Below, piece after piece: positions 8,281 through 10,507 of a stretch of 10,507 bases of DNA. The stretch lies in UHGV virus genome UHGV-0194914; one strand, given 5' to 3'. Numbering within the stretch: position 1 is the first letter of the stretch; each line of letters opens with the position of its first letter. Source of the DNA: a virus. A model generated the notes under the pieces. The model searched no databases and was not told the origin of the DNA. It was given only the letters and a program-made list of their open reading frames with translations. Made by a program: the position numbers and the translations under genes.

Positions 8281-8387
8281 TCAGCCAACATGTCATTGAT
8301 GGTATCGATGGACAGTCCTGTCAGCTCGCTATAGCGTTCAATAGTCACATGAGGCGTGGTAAGAGTGATTGAAATGTTAGGTCTCAT
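8272..8387 (-). pseudogene. Cox/Apl-type excisionase and switch regulator, N-terminal ~38 codons (HTH) only; the ORF continues out of frame over lysozyme DNA
   Basis: ORF 8175..8387 begins MRPNISITLTTPHVTIERYSELTGLSIDTINDMLADGRL. The segment SELTGLSIDTINDMLADGRL aligns position-for-position with the P2 Cox HTH (AKLIGKSTGAVRRMIDKGKL, recalled from memory). Residues after ~38 are encoded by the same DNA that in another frame gives the lysozyme core, so they are probably not native. The gene is divergent from cI, as in P2/186. Confidence 0.5.
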
Positions 8388-8512
8388 GATGCAACATTCC
8401 TCGTTTAATGATGATTAATCAGGACGAATACGGATCGTTTGTATTTTGTGAACACCATAAACATACGATCGCACTGTGAAATCGTCAAGATAAAAGTTCA
8501 CTTGGAGTGACC
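8388..8512. promoter_or_regulatory. Lysis-lysogeny switch region between cox' and cI, with a candidate sigma70 promoter for the cox direction and candidate operator repeats
   Basis: On the minus strand, TTGACG (complement of 8483-8488), a 17-nt spacer and TATGTT (complement of 8460-8465) form a plausible -35/-10 pair near the cI start, consistent with face-to-face promoters as in 186/P2. A GTGAAC / GTTCAC inverted repeat lies at 8448-8453 and 8496-8501. GATCG motifs occur at 8433-8437 and 8467-8471. GGAG at 8504-8507 precedes the cI ATG at 8513. Confidence 0.35.
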
Positions 8513-9082
8513 ATGAATTTGGAGAAAGGCGGACGAGGCGCTATAGAGCGCATGGTAGAAGCTTATGGATTCAAAACTCGACAGGCGTTGTGCGATCATT
8601 TAGGAATCTCTAAAAGTACACTCGCTACACGCTACATGCGTGACTCATTCCCAGCAGAATGGGTAATCCAGTGCGCCCTTGAAACGGGCACCTCGCTTAA
8701 TTGGCTCACAACTGGACATGGTTCAAAGCAAACTTCAGGTAATACAAATACGATGGAAGTTGCTAAATATGTATTATCTGATGGTGCCTTGCGTGAAGAC
8801 GGTTTTTATATTTTTGATAAGGGATTTCTACCCTCTACGTTTAAAAAACCTTTTGTCATCACAGATAACAATTCTGAATTTATTTGTGATAAAGAATTTG
8901 ATGATATACGTGATGGTAAATGGGTAATAAGTATTGATGGCGAAATAACAATCCGCGACATTACTCGTTTACCCGGTGGAAGAATCTTCGTTGAAGGTGG
9001 AAACAGATCCTTCGAGTGCAAGATAGAAGATGTTGAAATAATTGGAAAAATTATAAGTTTAACAATTAAGTACGTTAGGTAA
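8513..9082 (+). CDS. cI: Phage CI-type immunity repressor (186 CI family: N-terminal HTH, C-terminal oligomerisation domain)
   Basis: ORF 8507..9082; the ATG at 8513 preceded by GGAG is the likelier start than the GTG at 8507. The N-terminus (..IERMVEAYGFKTRQALCDHLGISKSTLATRYMRDSFPAEWVIQCALETGTSLNWLTTG) is an HTH of the phage CI-repressor type. Its ~190-aa size and C-terminal motifs (..GKWVISIDGEITIRDITRLPGGRIFVEGGNRSFEC..) match 186 CI from memory, not the ~99-aa P2 C. Confidence 0.8.
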   Translation: MNLEKGGRGAIERMVEAYGFKTRQALCDHLGISKSTLATRYMRDSFPAEWVIQCALETGTSLNWLTTGHGSKQTSGNTNTMEVAKYVLSDGALREDGFYIFDKGFLPSTFKKPFVITDNNSEFICDKEFDDIRDGKWVISIDGEITIRDITRLPGGRIFVEGGNRSFECKIEDVEIIGKIISLTIKYVR

Positions 9083-9097
9083 TACCGGGAGGAAACT

Positions 9098-9289
9098 ATG
9101 CTTGGTAAGGTATTTTTTGTGGTTTTATCATGCTCTTTGTTATTAAACCCACTAACTACCTATGCTAAAAATTATCCTTGTTCTGGGAAAAAGGGAGGTG
9201 TCTCTCACTGTACCTCCGATGGAAAGTTCGTTTGCAATGATGGAACTATTAGTAAATCAAAAAAAATCTGTACTAAAAACTCGCGATAA
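9098..9289 (+). CDS. Small secreted Cys-rich basic peptide (63-aa precursor; predicted Sec signal peptide, ~40-aa mature peptide with 4 Cys); function unknown, a moron-like insertion between cI and int
   Basis: Strong SD (GGAGG, 9087-9091) sits 6 nt before the ATG at 9098 and only 15 nt after the cI stop. The N-terminus [23 protein letters not shown] has n-, h- and c-regions with a TYA-type cleavage site. The mature part [40 protein letters not shown] is Lys-rich with C-x9-C-x7-C-x11-C spacing. The region is markedly AT-rich compared with the tail genes. Confidence 0.55.
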   Translation: MLGKVFFVVLSCSLLLNPLTTYAKNYPCSGKKGGVSHCTSDGKFVCNDGTISKSKKICTKNSR

Positions 9290-9475
9290 TTTTTGCTTTT
9301 ATATCTGCGCCTAATATAACAATGAGCCGCAGGCTAACCGCAAAAGTCACATACTCACATAGCAAAAAATAGCCAACTTCATTATGGCTTCAGTGAGATG
9401 TATGGTCGCAAGATTTCATACATTGACACTGGTTATACATACAGTAAAAATGCTCTCTATTGGAGGGCATTTTTT

Positions 9476-10507
9476 ATGGCAGTACGAAAACTCACCACAG
9501 GAAAATGGCTTTGCGAATGTTACCCCGCCGGACGTAGTGGGCGTCGTGTGCGTAAACAATTCGCCACCAAAAGCGAAGCACTGGCTTTTGAGCGTCACAC
9601 GATGGAAGAAACCGAAGCAAAGCCCTGGCTGGGCGAATCAGTAGATCGTCGAACCCTGAAAGACGTGGTTGAGCTATGGTTCAAACTACATGGTAAATCT
9701 CTGACTGCTGGGCAGCATGTCTATGACAAATTGCTGCTGATGGTTGACGCTCTGGGCAATCCCCTTGCAACCGATCTCACATCTAAAATGTTTGCCCATT
9801 ATCGAGATAAACGACTGACAGGTGAGATCTACTTCAGCGAGAAATGGAAGAAAGGGGCCAGCCCGGTCACCATTAACCTGGAGCAAAGCTATCTAAGTAG
9901 TGTTTTTAGCGAACTATCCCGCCTGGGCGAATGGTCGTATCCAAACCCACTGGAGAACATGCGAAAATTCACCATCGCAGAAAAAGAGATGGCATGGCTT
10001 ACCCATGAGCAGATTGTTGAACTGCTGGATGATTGCAAACGTCAGGACCCAATTCTGGCACTGGTAGTCAAGATATGCTTAAGCACAGGCGCACGCTGGC
10101 GAGAAGCAATAAACCTTACCCGATCACAGGTGACCAAATACCGAATTACCTTTGTAAGAACGAAGGGGAAGAAAAACAGAAGCATCCCTATCAGTAAAGA
10201 GCTTTATGAAGAGATCATGGCGCTTGATGGGTTCAATTTCTTCACAGACTGCTATTTTCAATTTTTATCCGTGATGGAAAAAACGTCTATCGTGCTCCCT
10301 CGCGGTCAACTTACACACGTTCTGCGTCATACGTTTGCGGCGCATTTCATGATGTCGGGTGGAAACATCCTTGCTTTGCAAAAAATCCTCGGACATCACG
10401 ACATAAAAATGACTATGCGTTATGCTCATCTATCACCTGATCACTTAGAGACAGCTCTTCGTTTCAATCCACTAGCAACTTTGGATGTTACTAAATCAGA
10501 TTCTTAA
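9476..10507 (+). CDS. int: Tyrosine site-specific integrase (P2 Int family)
   Basis: ORF 9398..10507; the start is placed at the ATG at 9476 (MAVRKLTTGKWLCECYPAGRSGRRVRKQFATKSEALAFE..), which aligns with the P2 Int N-terminus (MAIKKLDDGRYEVDIRPTGRNGKRIRRKFDKKSEAVAFE..) and follows GGAGGG at 9462-9467. Catalytic-box motifs are present (..LSTGARWREA.., ..LTHVLRHTFAAHFMMSGGNILALQKILGHHDIKMTMRYAHL..). The stop is at 10505-10507. Confidence 0.88.
   Translation: MAVRKLTTGKWLCECYPAGRSGRRVRKQFATKSEALAFERHTMEETEAKPWLGESVDRRTLKDVVELWFKLHGKSLTAGQHVYDKLLLMVDALGNPLATDLTSKMFAHYRDKRLTGEIYFSEKWKKGASPVTINLEQSYLSSVFSELSRLGEWSYPNPLENMRKFTIAEKEMAWLTHEQIVELLDDCKRQDPILALVVKICLSTGARWREAINLTRSQVTKYRITFVRTKGKKNRSIPISKELYEEIMALDGFNFFTDCYFQFLSVMEKTSIVLPRGQLTHVLRHTFAAHFMMSGGNILALQKILGHHDIKMTMRYAHLSPDHLETALRFNPLATLDVTKSDS

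Larger units (their letters stand above)
1600..10507. mobile_element. Defective P2/186-family prophage (cryptic, multiply deleted); the ybjL-proximal boundary is unresolved (somewhere in 1430-1661) and the int-proximal end lies beyond the window
   Basis: Collinear P2-type order read on the minus strand (cox' - K' - J' - I - H - G - T' - U - D - ogr), with divergent cI and int on the plus strand. Overlapping stop/start junctions between adjacent late genes (3068-3071, 3550-3553, 5177-5180, 6691-6694, 7289-7296). Integrase sits at the window edge. Confidence 0.85.

Noticed and set aside
8679-9021. ORFs 8679..8927 (+) and 8806..9021 (-) inside cI
   Set aside because: They overlap the CI repressor CDS in alternative frames. 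The CI frame has HTH and C-terminal domain character, and the others do not.
9398-9475. N-terminal extension of the integrase ORF (MYGRKISYIDTGYTYSKNALYWRAFF)
   Set aside because: P2-type integrases begin at the MAxxKL motif, which here follows a GGAGGG Shine-Dalgarno sequence at 9462-9467. The upstream ATG has no comparable RBS, and the extension has no counterpart in the family.
9384-9886. ORFs 9384..9644 (+), 9416..9598 (-) and 9686..9886 (-) overlapping int
   Set aside because: They overlap the integrase CDS. The integrase frame carries the catalytic R..HxxR..Y boxes, and the alternatives have no support.
1-10507. CRISPR arrays, IS elements, rRNA and tRNA genes
   Set aside because: No short-period direct repeats with spacers, no terminal inverted repeats flanking a transposase-like ORF, and no rRNA- or tRNA-like structures were recognised on reading the sequence.

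Overview
The window holds the 3' part of a host inner-membrane transporter gene (ybjL-like, + strand, 2..1426) followed by a degraded P2/186-family prophage that runs from about 1.6 kb to the window end and presumably beyond. On the minus strand, from low to high coordinates, lie ogr, tail gene D, tail gene U, a C-terminal remnant of tape-measure T, tail-fibre assembly G, tail fibre H, baseplate I, an N-truncated baseplate J, a GH24 lysozyme fragment and a Cox/Apl-like N-terminal fragment. On the plus strand, after a ~125 bp switch region, lie a 186-type CI repressor, a small AT-rich ORF for a secreted Cys-rich basic peptide, and a P2-type tyrosine integrase ending at 10507. Three internal deletion junctions are inferred from gene order and truncated reading frames; together they would remove replication, cos/head, holin, sheath and tube functions, so the element looks cryptic. 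No rRNA, tRNA, CRISPR array or IS element was seen. All family assignments come from reading the translations against remembered protein families; no database search was run. The most interesting unexplained item is the small secreted peptide gene tightly coupled downstream of cI.
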